Below the pieces are notes generated by a model. The model was not told the DNA's origin. It did no database searches and saw nothing but the letters and a program-made list of their open reading frames with translations. DNA of 39,023 nt, taken from IMG/VR virus record IMGVR_UViG_3300037310_000168, positions 1 to 39,023 of that record; one strand, given 5' to 3'. Below are positions 9,298-17,764 of this stretch, piece by piece; position 1 is the stretch's first letter; the number at the start of each line of letters is the position of its first letter. The stretch is from a virus. Lineage: Duplodnaviria; Caudoviricetes. Made by a program: the position numbers and the translations under genes.

Positions 9298-10292
9298 GGC
9301 TGAAAGATAGCCCCTCCATCCCTCGGAAAAATTTTTCCTTCAATGATATTTCCAGCCCAATAGTCAGCATCGGCTTCCGGAAAATATTGTTTAATGAGAG
9401 CCTTGTATGTGGCCAGGTCTTTTACTATCATTCTATCGCTATTTAGGCTATCCCCCACCATGTTTACAAAATAAAATTTACCATCTCTATACCATGCGAT
9501 TATATCCGGTCTGTCAATAATGGCCGGTCCGTCTGTTCTATGATTTTGTCCACGAATAAGGTATTCCTTAGAACCAAAAGCTTCCGGATTTTTATCTTCA
9601 CCAATCCATTCTTTTGCCGGAAGGTTGTTCGGGCGATGGGCGCGGCCATAGGGATCCCGCCATTCAATATAGCTCCCTGATGAATATATCATAGCTGGCG
9701 CACTTTCTATGAGTCCATCATTCATAGCATCATTCAATACTTTAATATCTTCCATGGTCAAATCTTTGCCTTTGGCATTGACTAAAGTGGACAACGCATT
9801 TCGTTTACGACTCTCACCAAGATAAGCGGTCTTTTTAAAATCTCGTATAGAAATATATTTTTCTAATTCCGGATTCGGATTTTTATCTAAAAACTCCCCA
9901 AGCTCTACAAGTGCCTGTGGTATATCAAACTCAGGATCCTTGGAGTTATGGAAATCAAATCCGAACAATGTTCTTGTGACAGTATCAAAATACACTTTGT
10001 AATCTCTATGAAACCCATCAGCTAAAAATTTAAAATCATCAGAACGTCTAGAGTTTATCACAAGGACCGGCTTCAAGGAGACGCTGTAATAAAATTTACC
10101 CCATCGGCAATCTTTAATTTCCAAGCGTTTAGTTTTCTTATCTATATTAAAATCAGGACCCAGAATAGCCCCGTTGCCCCATTCTCTTCCATCGTAAATA
10201 CGCGGCATCTCAACAAACCTAGCTGGTTTCTGAGGAGCCATGCGGGATTGTCCAATGTATGCTATGAGATGCCTATATTGGATTATCGTCAT
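9294..10292 (-). CDS. Two-module IAYLGQ-leader protein; C-terminal HRxDGPA repeat domain
   Basis: Likely start ATG 10292 (MTIIQYRHLIAYIGQSR); second internal KKTAYLGESR; HRPNNLPAKEW, HRTDGPAII, FPEADADYWAG. Confidence 0.8.
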   Translation of the reverse strand: MTIIQYRHLIAYIGQSRMAPQKPARFVEMPRIYDGREWGNGAILGPDFNIDKKTKRLEIKDCRWGKFYYSVSLKPVLVINSRRSDDFKFLADGFHRDYKVYFDTVTRTLFGFDFHNSKDPEFDIPQALVELGEFLDKNPNPELEKYISIRDFKKTAYLGESRKRNALSTLVNAKGKDLTMEDIKVLNDAMNDGLIESAPAMIYSSGSYIEWRDPYGRAHRPNNLPAKEWIGEDKNPEAFGSKEYLIRGQNHRTDGPAIIDRPDIIAWYRDGKFYFVNMVGDSLNSDRMIVKDLATYKALIKQYFPEADADYWAGNIIEGKIFPRDGGAIFQP

Positions 10293-10695
10293 CGGTTTTG
10301 AAGTCACCTTTATAATTTATGTATTTACCTACGGCCTTTTCTCCGTCTTCCGGTCCTAAAGACGGAGAACATACCAAAACAACTTTTCTATCGGTATCAT
10401 AGTACACTCTTCCGCTACTTCTCAAATCTATCTTTAAAGGACCGCGCTTGTCATCAAGGGACCTTTCTTTATGGAAGATGTATTTTATCGTAGCGTTTGC
10501 ACCGACACTAGGAATTAACCAGCCCCAATAATTTAAGCCATAAATTTCTAATTGTTTCGATCCTTTAATATTATATCTTGGCAATGCATGAAGATTATGC
10601 GTGTTACCATTTTCATCTTTGATCAAAACGACATTGTTAGCGGGTTTTTGCTGCCTGCTTTGTCCCAAATAAGCTATGAGATGTCTGTAGTTCAT
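10273..10695 (-). CDS. IAYLGQ-leader hypothetical protein
   Basis: MNYRHLIAYLGQSR; ATGA overlap with the upstream gene. Confidence 0.75.
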   Translation of the reverse strand: MNYRHLIAYLGQSRQQKPANNVVLIKDENGNTHNLHALPRYNIKGSKQLEIYGLNYWGWLIPSVGANATIKYIFHKERSLDDKRGPLKIDLRSSGRVYYDTDRKVVLVCSPSLGPEDGEKAVGKYINYKGDFKTDDDNPI

Positions 10696-11096
10696 AATGA
10701 CAAAAACTCTTCATATGGAATTTTATAATTATCGCCTTCTCTAGAGGCTATATAATCAAACTTCCCATTTCGTATAATTTTTTCTAATTGTTTAAAATCG
10801 GAAGTAATTTTAGCTTTATCTGAATTTTTTGCAATAAACGCGAGACAGCGGTGTTGAGCATTATAATATGTTAATTCGCTATTGTTCTCTGGACTAATAT
10901 GTTGATTAACGTAAAAAAAACATGTACCATTATCAGAAATGGTAATAAGTCTAGGAACTAATGAGGAATGTAGTAGGCTATCCTTATGTTTTTTAAAGAA
11001 GTCAGCTTCGCTCATCTGGGTTACATCATCCCACGAGTTAGCTGAACGACTCTGACCTAAATAAGCTATTTTATTTAAATAATAAATACGGTTCAT
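10692..11096 (-). CDS. IAYLGQ-leader hypothetical protein
   Basis: MNRIYYLNKIAYLGQSR; first gene after the capsid terminator. Confidence 0.75.
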   Translation of the reverse strand: MNRIYYLNKIAYLGQSRSANSWDDVTQMSEADFFKKHKDSLLHSSLVPRLITISDNGTCFFYVNQHISPENNSELTYYNAQHRCLAFIAKNSDKAKITSDFKQLEKIIRNGKFDYIASREGDNYKIPYEEFLSL

Positions 11097-11109
11097 GCTT
11101 TAATAGTTT

Positions 11110-11119
11110 ATTATAAAAT
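11110..11119 (-). promoter_or_regulatory. Candidate promoter element ATTTTATAAT
   Basis: Identical 10-mer to 8217..8226; ends 13 nt before ATG 11096, with no obvious SD. Confidence 0.4.
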
Positions 11120-11156
11120 CCTACGATGCATTTAGCACTTTTTGATGGAATTGTAT

Positions 11157-11194
11157 AAAATAAAAGAAACCCCTAGGATTTCTCCTAGGGGTTT
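11157..11194 (-). terminator. Intrinsic terminator after the major capsid gene
   Basis: Perfect 12-bp stem AAACCCCTAGGA/TCCTAGGGGTTT (11167..11194), GAAA loop on the minus strand, then a U-rich run. Confidence 0.9.
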
Positions 11195-11219
11195 TGACTT
11201 ACACTAATTCAATTAAGAA

Positions 11220-12191
11220 TTAGGCAGTGGTGTACTTGGCTACGCCACGGCTGTTAGCTACGGCGATACCGATGAGTTCGTTTACAACCCATCCTAGCTT
11301 GAGCTGCTTTGGCTCGTCGGCTGGCAATACTTCAATATCTTGACGTATTGGCATTGGGCCTACGAAGTCTGCATCTGCGCAAGCATATACAGTGTTAGCT
11401 GGAACAACCTTCGAAACGATAACGTCGGCGGTCCATAGCTTACCGAACAAGCCGGTCTGCAATACTTCGCGCTGAGTTACTGGATCGAATGAGGTGTTAT
11501 CGAAGGTACGGAATCCTGCAAAAGTCTTGATGTTCATGAAGATTCTTGCAGTGATTAAGTCCCACTTGTCGACTTCGCTGTAAAGATCAGCCAACTTGTT
11601 CTTGGAGATCGTTCCAGTTGTGTCAGTTACTGCGTCGTTATCGACCGTTGAAGCGAAGTCCAAGGCAGCAAAGATGTTGGCATCTTCCTGGGCCTGGATT
11701 TCCTGACGTGCCTTCTGCTGTGCACGATCGATGACGTTGAAGCGGCGTCTCTTGACCTCAGCGATACGAACTGTTGGGTTAGCAACAACTTCGAACTCTG
11801 GGACGTTGATACGGTCGCCCTTGATGCGTGACTCTGGGGTTGCACCATTCGAGGAGATTACAAAGGCGGTTACGTCAATATCCTTGTCGTAAACAGCCAA
11901 TGCACCCTGAGGAAGCGGGTCAACTCTTAGAGCCTTACGGCCTACACCCTGATAATCAAGGTTCTTACGGATCGGGTTTGCCATTGCCTGAGCAAGAGCA
12001 ACGCGACCACGTTCATTTGCGAGAGCTTTCGAGAGAAGGGCTTCCTTCTCAGTGTCAGAGACGCTTGGTTCTGCAGCGGCGGTAGCGGTATTAGCGTTAC
12101 CAACGGCAGTAACAAAGGCCATCATCTGATTGAGAACGTCCTTCTTATCGAAAGCATTCATCTCGCCTGATTTGTTAAATAGTTCTGACAT
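11220..12191 (-). CDS. Major capsid protein (HK97 fold)
   Basis: 323 aa; last gene of the portal-protease-scaffold-decoration run, followed by a strong terminator; IRKNLDYQGVGRK, EIQAQED, G-lwtA-vivS and ELIGIAVAN..GV patterns typical of HK97-fold capsids. Confidence 0.88.
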   Translation of the reverse strand: MSELFNKSGEMNAFDKKDVLNQMMAFVTAVGNANTATAAAEPSVSDTEKEALLSKALANERGRVALAQAMANPIRKNLDYQGVGRKALRVDPLPQGALAVYDKDIDVTAFVISSNGATPESRIKGDRINVPEFEVVANPTVRIAEVKRRRFNVIDRAQQKARQEIQAQEDANIFAALDFASTVDNDAVTDTTGTISKNKLADLYSEVDKWDLITARIFMNIKTFAGFRTFDNTSFDPVTQREVLQTGLFGKLWTADVIVSKVVPANTVYACADADFVGPMPIRQDIEVLPADEPKQLKLGWVVNELIGIAVANSRGVAKYTTA

Positions 12192-12368
12192 TTATTTGTC
12201 CCCTATTTTCTTCACGTAATTTAGCCGCAAAGCGACTGGATTCGTGGAGATGATTTTTGCTTTCTTTTGGTTTAGAAGAATACGGGCTTTTCCAGGTCTT
12301 ACTGGAGTTAGCTGAATCATATTTCCGTTAAAAACGGGAATAGATTTGTTTTTTAAATCGTTAGGCAT
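12192..12368 (-). CDS. Stand-alone PLMP/RRXRR-like domain protein, 58 aa (below the ORF-track length cut-off)
   Basis: Manual translation MPNDLKNKSIPVFNGNMIQLTPVRPGKARILLNQKKAKIISTNPVALRLNYVKKIGDK*; fits the RRXRR pattern VxVldxxgxPLxPxxPxxARxLLxxxKAxvxxxxPfxixL; GAGGT 10 nt upstream; TAA directly abuts the MCP ATG. Confidence 0.8.
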   Translation of the reverse strand: MPNDLKNKSIPVFNGNMIQLTPVRPGKARILLNQKKAKIISTNPVALRLNYVKKIGDK

Positions 12369-12404
12369 ATCTCAGCCAACCTCATCTATGGACGGTAAAG
12401 GTTA

Positions 12405-13043
12405 TTAGACCTTGTAGAAGTGCAGGTAAGGATTACCAGCGCTTGGTGTCTTCGTTGCGTATGCTACGATCTTGCCCGAGCCAGGATCGACTGAGGTAAG
12501 TTTGCTGTTGGACGAGCTATAGAGAGGCGAACCGACCGTATAGGTGATTGCTCCCGAGGACGCCGTGGCAACTTCGTAGACATCCGTTGCGTATTCACCG
12601 GGCTGAATCCATAGGGTGCACTTTCCAGAAGCCAACGTGGTGTCGTCTCCGGCCTTACCAGGAATGTAGTACGAGTACGATACATTACCGGCTGAGGTTA
12701 CGGTTACGGTTCCGTTGGTTGCTGAGGTTAACGTTGCGTTAGCGGTTCCAGAAGAGTACGTTCCAACCACGATATTAGCGTGGTTCAAAACGGTCGTTCC
12801 AGTCGTTACAGCTTCGTCAACCACAGTAGCGATGAACTGGGTGGTCTTATTGTCGTCAATGACGCCAAGAAGAACGTTACCAGTTGCAGCTCCTGCGAGA
12901 ACTACCTGGGGAAGTCCGGTTGGAGATCCCGAAGAAGTTCCCTGTAGTTTACCAATCTGTCCAGCTTCGAAAGTGGCAGATGGATCTACTAGGAAGTCGC
13001 CCTGAGGTCCTGCTAGGTTGGTGTAAAGCAGTTTGAATGCCAT
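12405..13043 (-). CDS. Head decoration/cement protein
   Basis: Between scaffold and MCP; small-residue, beta-rich; FEAGQIG..., GEYATDVYE, YTVGSPLY patterns; AAGGGAG RBS. Confidence 0.65.
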   Translation of the reverse strand: MAFKLLYTNLAGPQGDFLVDPSATFEAGQIGKLQGTSSGSPTGLPQVVLAGAATGNVLLGVIDDNKTTQFIATVVDEAVTTGTTVLNHANIVVGTYSSGTANATLTSATNGTVTVTSAGNVSYSYYIPGKAGDDTTLASGKCTLWIQPGEYATDVYEVATASSGAITYTVGSPLYSSSNSKLTSVDPGSGKIVAYATKTPSAGNPYLHFYKV

Positions 13044-13105
13044 ATTATTTTTTCACTCCCTTCTATCGTTTCATTAGGCCAGCTAGTGGCGAAAGTTGTT
13101 AAGGT

Positions 13106-13131
13106 TCCTGGGGACTTTAGCATCCCCAGGA
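13106..13131. promoter_or_regulatory. 9-bp GC-rich hairpin between scaffold and decoration genes
   Basis: TCCTGGGGA-8 nt-TCCCCAGGA; U-tract only on the plus strand. Confidence 0.6.
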
Positions 13132-13142
13132 TTTTATTGCTA

Positions 13143-15059
13143 TTAGCGGCTCCAGCCGAGGTTTGATAGTCTGCCGATGAACGAAGACTCTGAGTCAACT
13201 TCAGCGGTATCCTTCTGGCCTAGGCGAGGGATCTTAACCGAAGCAGTTCTTACTAACTCTTCGGAGGCTGATACCTCACGAACCTTTGCGTTGTCAAGCA
13301 TCTTCTTGAAAGCGACGAATGCGCTGTCATCAAATGCCAAGATTTCTTTTACCAAGTTACTCTTAGCTTCTGCGGTTCTATCGCAGAATCCCTTTGAGGA
13401 TGCAACTTCTGCCAACTCGTAAGCTCTTACAACCTTGGTCTGAGCCTCGCTTACGGCAGCCTTTACATCCTTATCGGTAAAGTTCTTACTTAGTTCTTTG
13501 CCAAACTCTTTGGAGGCAGCATCGCCCTGGCCATATAGACCCTGCCAGTAATCAGATCCGTCTTCCTTATAGGTCTCACCAGCTCCGCCCTGGGCGGCGG
13601 TCTTTACTGGGGCCTTGGAGGTTGCCTTTGAGGCCAAGTTGCCGGTAGGCATCTTGTCTGCAACGGCTACATCTTTATCCTGAGCTTCGGTTACGGTTTC
13701 AAACTTCTCACCCTCGTCCTTTGGCTTTCCGCCTACAGATACGTTGGTTAGATTAGTGCCACCATCTGGATGGGCAGCAGCGATTTCGCCCTTGCCATCC
13801 TTCGGAGCTCCATCAGGAACTACACCGTACTCTGATCCATCAGGTCCAGCGGCCAAAGCCTTCTTGCGCTCGGTATCGCGGCTCTTTAGGAATGCAGTTA
13901 CATAGTCCTTGGCGGAATCAAACTTGGCAGTTACTGGTTCCTCTGTAGGAACCTCAATTGCCTCTTCAATCATCTCTTCACCAGGAGCCTCAATAACCTC
14001 TTCTGCTGCGCCAGCTTCTCCGCCAGCAACTTCAGCTGCTGCTTCGATAGCGGCATCAGCGGCTTCAAGAGCCTGTTGTGCCTTAGAGAGAGTGTCGTCG
14101 GTTCCTTCTAGGATTGCGGTTGCATCATTCTGAGCCTCAGCAGCAAGCTTGATAAGCTTGATCTTCTGCGATGCGGTCAATCCCTTTGAGCGCAAGTGAG
14201 CAGCAATAGTGGCCATCTCATCCTTGGACTCATCTAGCATCTTTTCTGCGTCCTGAAGCTGAATGAAAACTTCGGCAGTTGATTGAGGAGCGGTATTTTC
14301 TACCAAGTTGGTCTGTGCGCTTTCGACTTCTGCCTTCTTCTGATCCAAAAGATCAACAGTGACATCGGACTCAGCTGCGGTCTGATCAACTTCTGCATCA
14401 AGAGCCTGATTGGTTTCTAGAGGAAGCTCTTCAACAACGGCCATTTCACCGGCTGGAGCCTCTTCTACCATATCCAACTCAGCCTGGGCAGTCTTAACAT
14501 TTGACTTAACCAAGCCAGCTCTCTTTGCGAATTCCTCTTCTCCAGTTAGCCAGAAAGCTACCTTAGAGAAACCATGCTTCTTAATCTTTGCTATGATTGC
14601 ACGACCGTATTTACCGTCGTTTGACTTGGCGATATTCTTGTCATTCAAGTCCTTGTTCCAGATCTGAGATAAAGATGCTCTTACGATTGGAGTCTTCTCG
14701 CCCTTGGCGTCGACGGTGTAAACGGTCCAGAAAGACTCTGCAGGATTGGCCTTTCTAGTAATACCAACTGCGAGCTTTGCATTTGCAATCTTCTCATCAG
14801 CCGGAATACGCTGCCAGTCTTGCTTCATCTTGAACTCTTCGCCTGCAGGTCCCAAGTTCTTCTTGGTCTTATCTGCTGCACCTTCAAACCACTTCTGTTC
14901 CCAATCGCGGGAATCTCCACCAACCTGGGTCTCCATTGGTTTGCGGTCGTACTTAACTTCTCCAGGATAACCAAGCTTGTTGGGATCGTTAGAAACGACC
15001 TTATCTACATTTTCAGTAGATCCCTGGAACCATGCTTTCTTCTGATTCTTATTGCTCAT
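13143..15059 (-). CDS. Prohead scaffold/core protein
   Basis: Acidic Ala/Glu-rich coiled-coil; directly downstream of the protease; AGGAGG RBS; many [KR]-T-A motifs. Confidence 0.65.
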   Translation of the reverse strand: MSNKNQKKAWFQGSTENVDKVVSNDPNKLGYPGEVKYDRKPMETQVGGDSRDWEQKWFEGAADKTKKNLGPAGEEFKMKQDWQRIPADEKIANAKLAVGITRKANPAESFWTVYTVDAKGEKTPIVRASLSQIWNKDLNDKNIAKSNDGKYGRAIIAKIKKHGFSKVAFWLTGEEEFAKRAGLVKSNVKTAQAELDMVEEAPAGEMAVVEELPLETNQALDAEVDQTAAESDVTVDLLDQKKAEVESAQTNLVENTAPQSTAEVFIQLQDAEKMLDESKDEMATIAAHLRSKGLTASQKIKLIKLAAEAQNDATAILEGTDDTLSKAQQALEAADAAIEAAAEVAGGEAGAAEEVIEAPGEEMIEEAIEVPTEEPVTAKFDSAKDYVTAFLKSRDTERKKALAAGPDGSEYGVVPDGAPKDGKGEIAAAHPDGGTNLTNVSVGGKPKDEGEKFETVTEAQDKDVAVADKMPTGNLASKATSKAPVKTAAQGGAGETYKEDGSDYWQGLYGQGDAASKEFGKELSKNFTDKDVKAAVSEAQTKVVRAYELAEVASSKGFCDRTAEAKSNLVKEILAFDDSAFVAFKKMLDNAKVREVSASEELVRTASVKIPRLGQKDTAEVDSESSFIGRLSNLGWSR

Positions 15060-15199
15060 TGTTTTAAATCCTCCTGCGGATTTTGTATTGTTAGATTTTT
15101 TTGCAAGACTGTCGGGTATAAATACCCTTTGCGTAATATAATAATTTGCTATAAAATTTTTAACTTTTTTAACAATAATACATTAATTAAACAGTCTAA

Positions 15200-16711
15200 T
15201 TAATTAACTTTGCCCATTTTCTTTAGGGTTTTATACTTTAAATAAGCTCTTTGGAACTCTTCTTTTAGCTTTAATTCTTCACTCTTAATGGTCTCATCCT
15301 TAGCTGGCAACCTCTTTCCCAAAGCTCCTGAAGGACCACCTTTTGCGGTTTCTTCATAGGTTTCAGTCTCATGATCACGGCCATCGCCACCAGTAGCAAC
15401 TTCTAGCGACTTAGGATCGTAAAGGCGGTCACCTTTTTCTACTAGTTCTTCCAATGGTTTCTTCATCAACGGATCTTCTTCTCCCTGCAAATATCCAATA
15501 GAACGAAGACCAAATTTGGCCGATGCAACAACTAGATCCGTGCTATCAATACTCTTTTCAATCATTTCCCTGATGGCTCTTACAATCTGGCTTTGACCAG
15601 CAGCAGAGAGGGAGGCAATTCCATCTTCAAGATTTACTTGCCAATCCTTTTTATCCTGAGAAGAAGCCCACCAGCGATATTCTTTGGTATCAACAATTAC
15701 TGTTCCTTTGGCGCTGTAGTCCTTAGGAACTGTTCTGAATCCAACCTCTTCACGAGTGATTCTAACTCTATTCATTTCTCCTGCTACTTTATTCATAGAC
15801 ATGTCTCCTGAAGGCTTCGATGTACGATTTACTCTTGGATCAAAATTACATTCGGTATCATGGCACTTTGCACCTTCTGCAATAGTGCGTAGAGATTGTG
15901 GAATACTGTTCTCATTAGCAACAATATTTGCTGCAGCCCACATTTCCTTTTCGGAATCGGACATACCATTTGAGTTCCCTGTAAGCTGTCCATTGTCAAC
16001 GGCAGTCTTTAATGAAGCAATTTTTTCAAGAACATAGGCATCCTGGAAAGCTGGAACCGATACCCAGGAAAGTTCTATGAATTCTAGGTCATGATTTACT
16101 TCGTGAACAGCAAATTTTCCAAACTTATGCTTTGCATCATTGGTCAAGAATCCGACTTTCATACCTTTGTAGTTTGCTATATGCGAGCAATAATCCCGCT
16201 CGGTCCTTGCGTTATTTCCGCAGACTGAGCATTCGGACCAACCAACGCGTGTTCCCATGGATACGGAGTGCATGACGCCAGTTTCAATATCGCGGGCTAA
16301 TTGCGGGTGGGACTTCTTATCGACAGCGATAAGACACTCAACGCACTGGTCATCTTTATTTAAGAAAGCGTCAATAACTAGACCACGGATTTTAGTAATA
16401 TCATCGCTCTTATGATCAATGAAGTTGCCTTTTCCAACAAATGAACGATACGAAGCAGTGAGCTCTTTCATGGGGAATCCATCGCCATTCATATTCGGAC
16501 CCCATTTTTCAAGCGATCCAATTGCTCTTGTTCTTACATATAAGAAGTCAGTAGATTTCTTAATGATTCTTTTAGCGGCCCTGACTGTCTTCGAGAATTG
16601 CTCTGCCGCAGCCTTTGAATCGGGACTGTTTGGATCAAATTTTGGCTGAGTGTCATCAGAAAAATGATCGATAACGACCTGCTCAGAGAAGGCGAATTTT
16701 AAAAATGACAT
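15200..16711 (-). CDS. Prohead maturation serine protease with C-terminal extension
   Basis: PNMNGDGF, FIDH (His), SVSMG (Ser), CSVCG..C.H insert, FIELSWVSVPA motifs of HK97/herpes-assemblin-like proteases. Confidence 0.85.
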   Translation of the reverse strand: MSFLKFAFSEQVVIDHFSDDTQPKFDPNSPDSKAAAEQFSKTVRAAKRIIKKSTDFLYVRTRAIGSLEKWGPNMNGDGFPMKELTASYRSFVGKGNFIDHKSDDITKIRGLVIDAFLNKDDQCVECLIAVDKKSHPQLARDIETGVMHSVSMGTRVGWSECSVCGNNARTERDYCSHIANYKGMKVGFLTNDAKHKFGKFAVHEVNHDLEFIELSWVSVPAFQDAYVLEKIASLKTAVDNGQLTGNSNGMSDSEKEMWAAANIVANENSIPQSLRTIAEGAKCHDTECNFDPRVNRTSKPSGDMSMNKVAGEMNRVRITREEVGFRTVPKDYSAKGTVIVDTKEYRWWASSQDKKDWQVNLEDGIASLSAAGQSQIVRAIREMIEKSIDSTDLVVASAKFGLRSIGYLQGEEDPLMKKPLEELVEKGDRLYDPKSLEVATGGDGRDHETETYEETAKGGPSGALGKRLPAKDETIKSEELKLKEEFQRAYLKYKTLKKMGKVN

Positions 16712-16714
16712 TGG

Positions 16715-17572
16715 TTAAAACCCCTTTATGTTTTTTAGGCTTTCTAATCTAGATTGTTTTCTGAAGTGATAAGTATTCAAGGTAGCATTTTGTCCCATTT
16801 CAGATGGATTCATTTTTCCAACCGGCTCTGGCTTAGGCATTTCTTGAGATTTCAATTCAGAACGCTCACCTGGCTCCGCAGTCTCAACCTCGGTCTTCTG
16901 AATCTCCTGCTCTTCTTTATTGGCTTCCTTCTCTTCTTCTTGCTCGTCCTTTGCTTCCTGAATTTCGCGTATCTTATCTTTTATCTGCGAGTTCTCAACG
17001 GAAGGAACTTCGTCGATATCATGCAGTAGCTTGTCCTTCCATTCTGGAGGAAAACCTTCTGGGGAAAGAGTTTTTAAGAACGAAAGATCTTCTCCGAGTT
17101 TTTCTTTCTCACTGTATCCGCCAACCAAACGCTTGTTGATAATCCCGTCTAGGCGTTTAATTTCTGGATCATAATAAATATAAAAGCTCTTCGACTTTGC
17201 TTTTGGTTCTGGAAGTGAAAGAGTATCTTGTAGCAATTTGGCGTAGTGAGGATCTTGAATAATTACAAACGAATCCCAAGATATTAAGTCTTTAACAGCC
17301 TGCATTTCGGCCATATCAGTATCAATATCAGGAAGTGCTTCTTCGCCACTGCCAGGGGCCGAAGGATCAAGAGTTTCATCTAGATCCTCGGGGCTAATAT
17401 CTTCATCATCAATTCCTGGAGCATCGAGATCCTGAGCATCTTCTAAATCAGGAATAGCCTGAGCTAGACGCTTGAAGAAATCTTTTTCTATATTTTTTTC
17501 TTCGCTAATTTCATTCCACATCAGCAGGTTGCTCCATGTCCTTAACTTTATTCGAATGGCCGCACGATTCAC
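16715..17572 (-). CDS. Acidic hypothetical head-region protein (start probably ATG 17521)
   Basis: Long ORF in the operon; KRLAQ motif; GGAG upstream of 17521. Confidence 0.7.
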   Translation of the reverse strand: MNRAAIRIKLRTWSNLLMWNEISEEKNIEKDFFKRLAQAIPDLEDAQDLDAPGIDDEDISPEDLDETLDPSAPGSGEEALPDIDTDMAEMQAVKDLISWDSFVIIQDPHYAKLLQDTLSLPEPKAKSKSFYIYYDPEIKRLDGIINKRLVGGYSEKEKLGEDLSFLKTLSPEGFPPEWKDKLLHDIDEVPSVENSQIKDKIREIQEAKDEQEEEKEANKEEQEIQKTEVETAEPGERSELKSQEMPKPEPVGKMNPSEMGQNATLNTYHFRKQSRLESLKNIKGF

Positions 17573-17699
17573 ATATCACGATTCCATTTTGTGATAGCAT
17601 GAGATTCAGTGGCTTGCTGCACTTTTCGCAAGGACAAGTGCCATCGATCACTTCTACTACGGTTTGGGGGAAACTAATTCCCTTTTTGATCATTGCCAT
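17511..17699 (-). CDS. Small zinc-ribbon protein
   Basis: CEKC...CESCG; GAGG upstream. Confidence 0.6.
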   Translation of the reverse strand: MAMIKKGISFPQTVVEVIDGTCPCEKCSKPLNLMLSQNGIVICESCGHSNKVKDMEQPADVE

Positions 17700-17764
17700 G
17701 TAAGCCTCAATATAAATTAATTATGTTTTGCGGTATTCTAATTCAATGAAATATTATAAAAAAA

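Noticed and set aside
12192-12404. Intact IS200/IS605 (IscB) element or omegaRNA
   Set aside because: Only 36 nt separate the ORF from the upstream gene; no RuvC/HNH, TnpA or recognisable element ends.
13013-13198. 61-aa minus-strand ORF bridging scaffold and decoration genes
   Set aside because: Overlaps both neighbours out of frame, no clear RBS; the region is better explained as a structured leader.
15114-15127. T4-type late promoter TATAAATA
   Set aside because: On the non-coding strand and inside a small GGGTA/TACCC inverted repeat; at most a leader hairpin.
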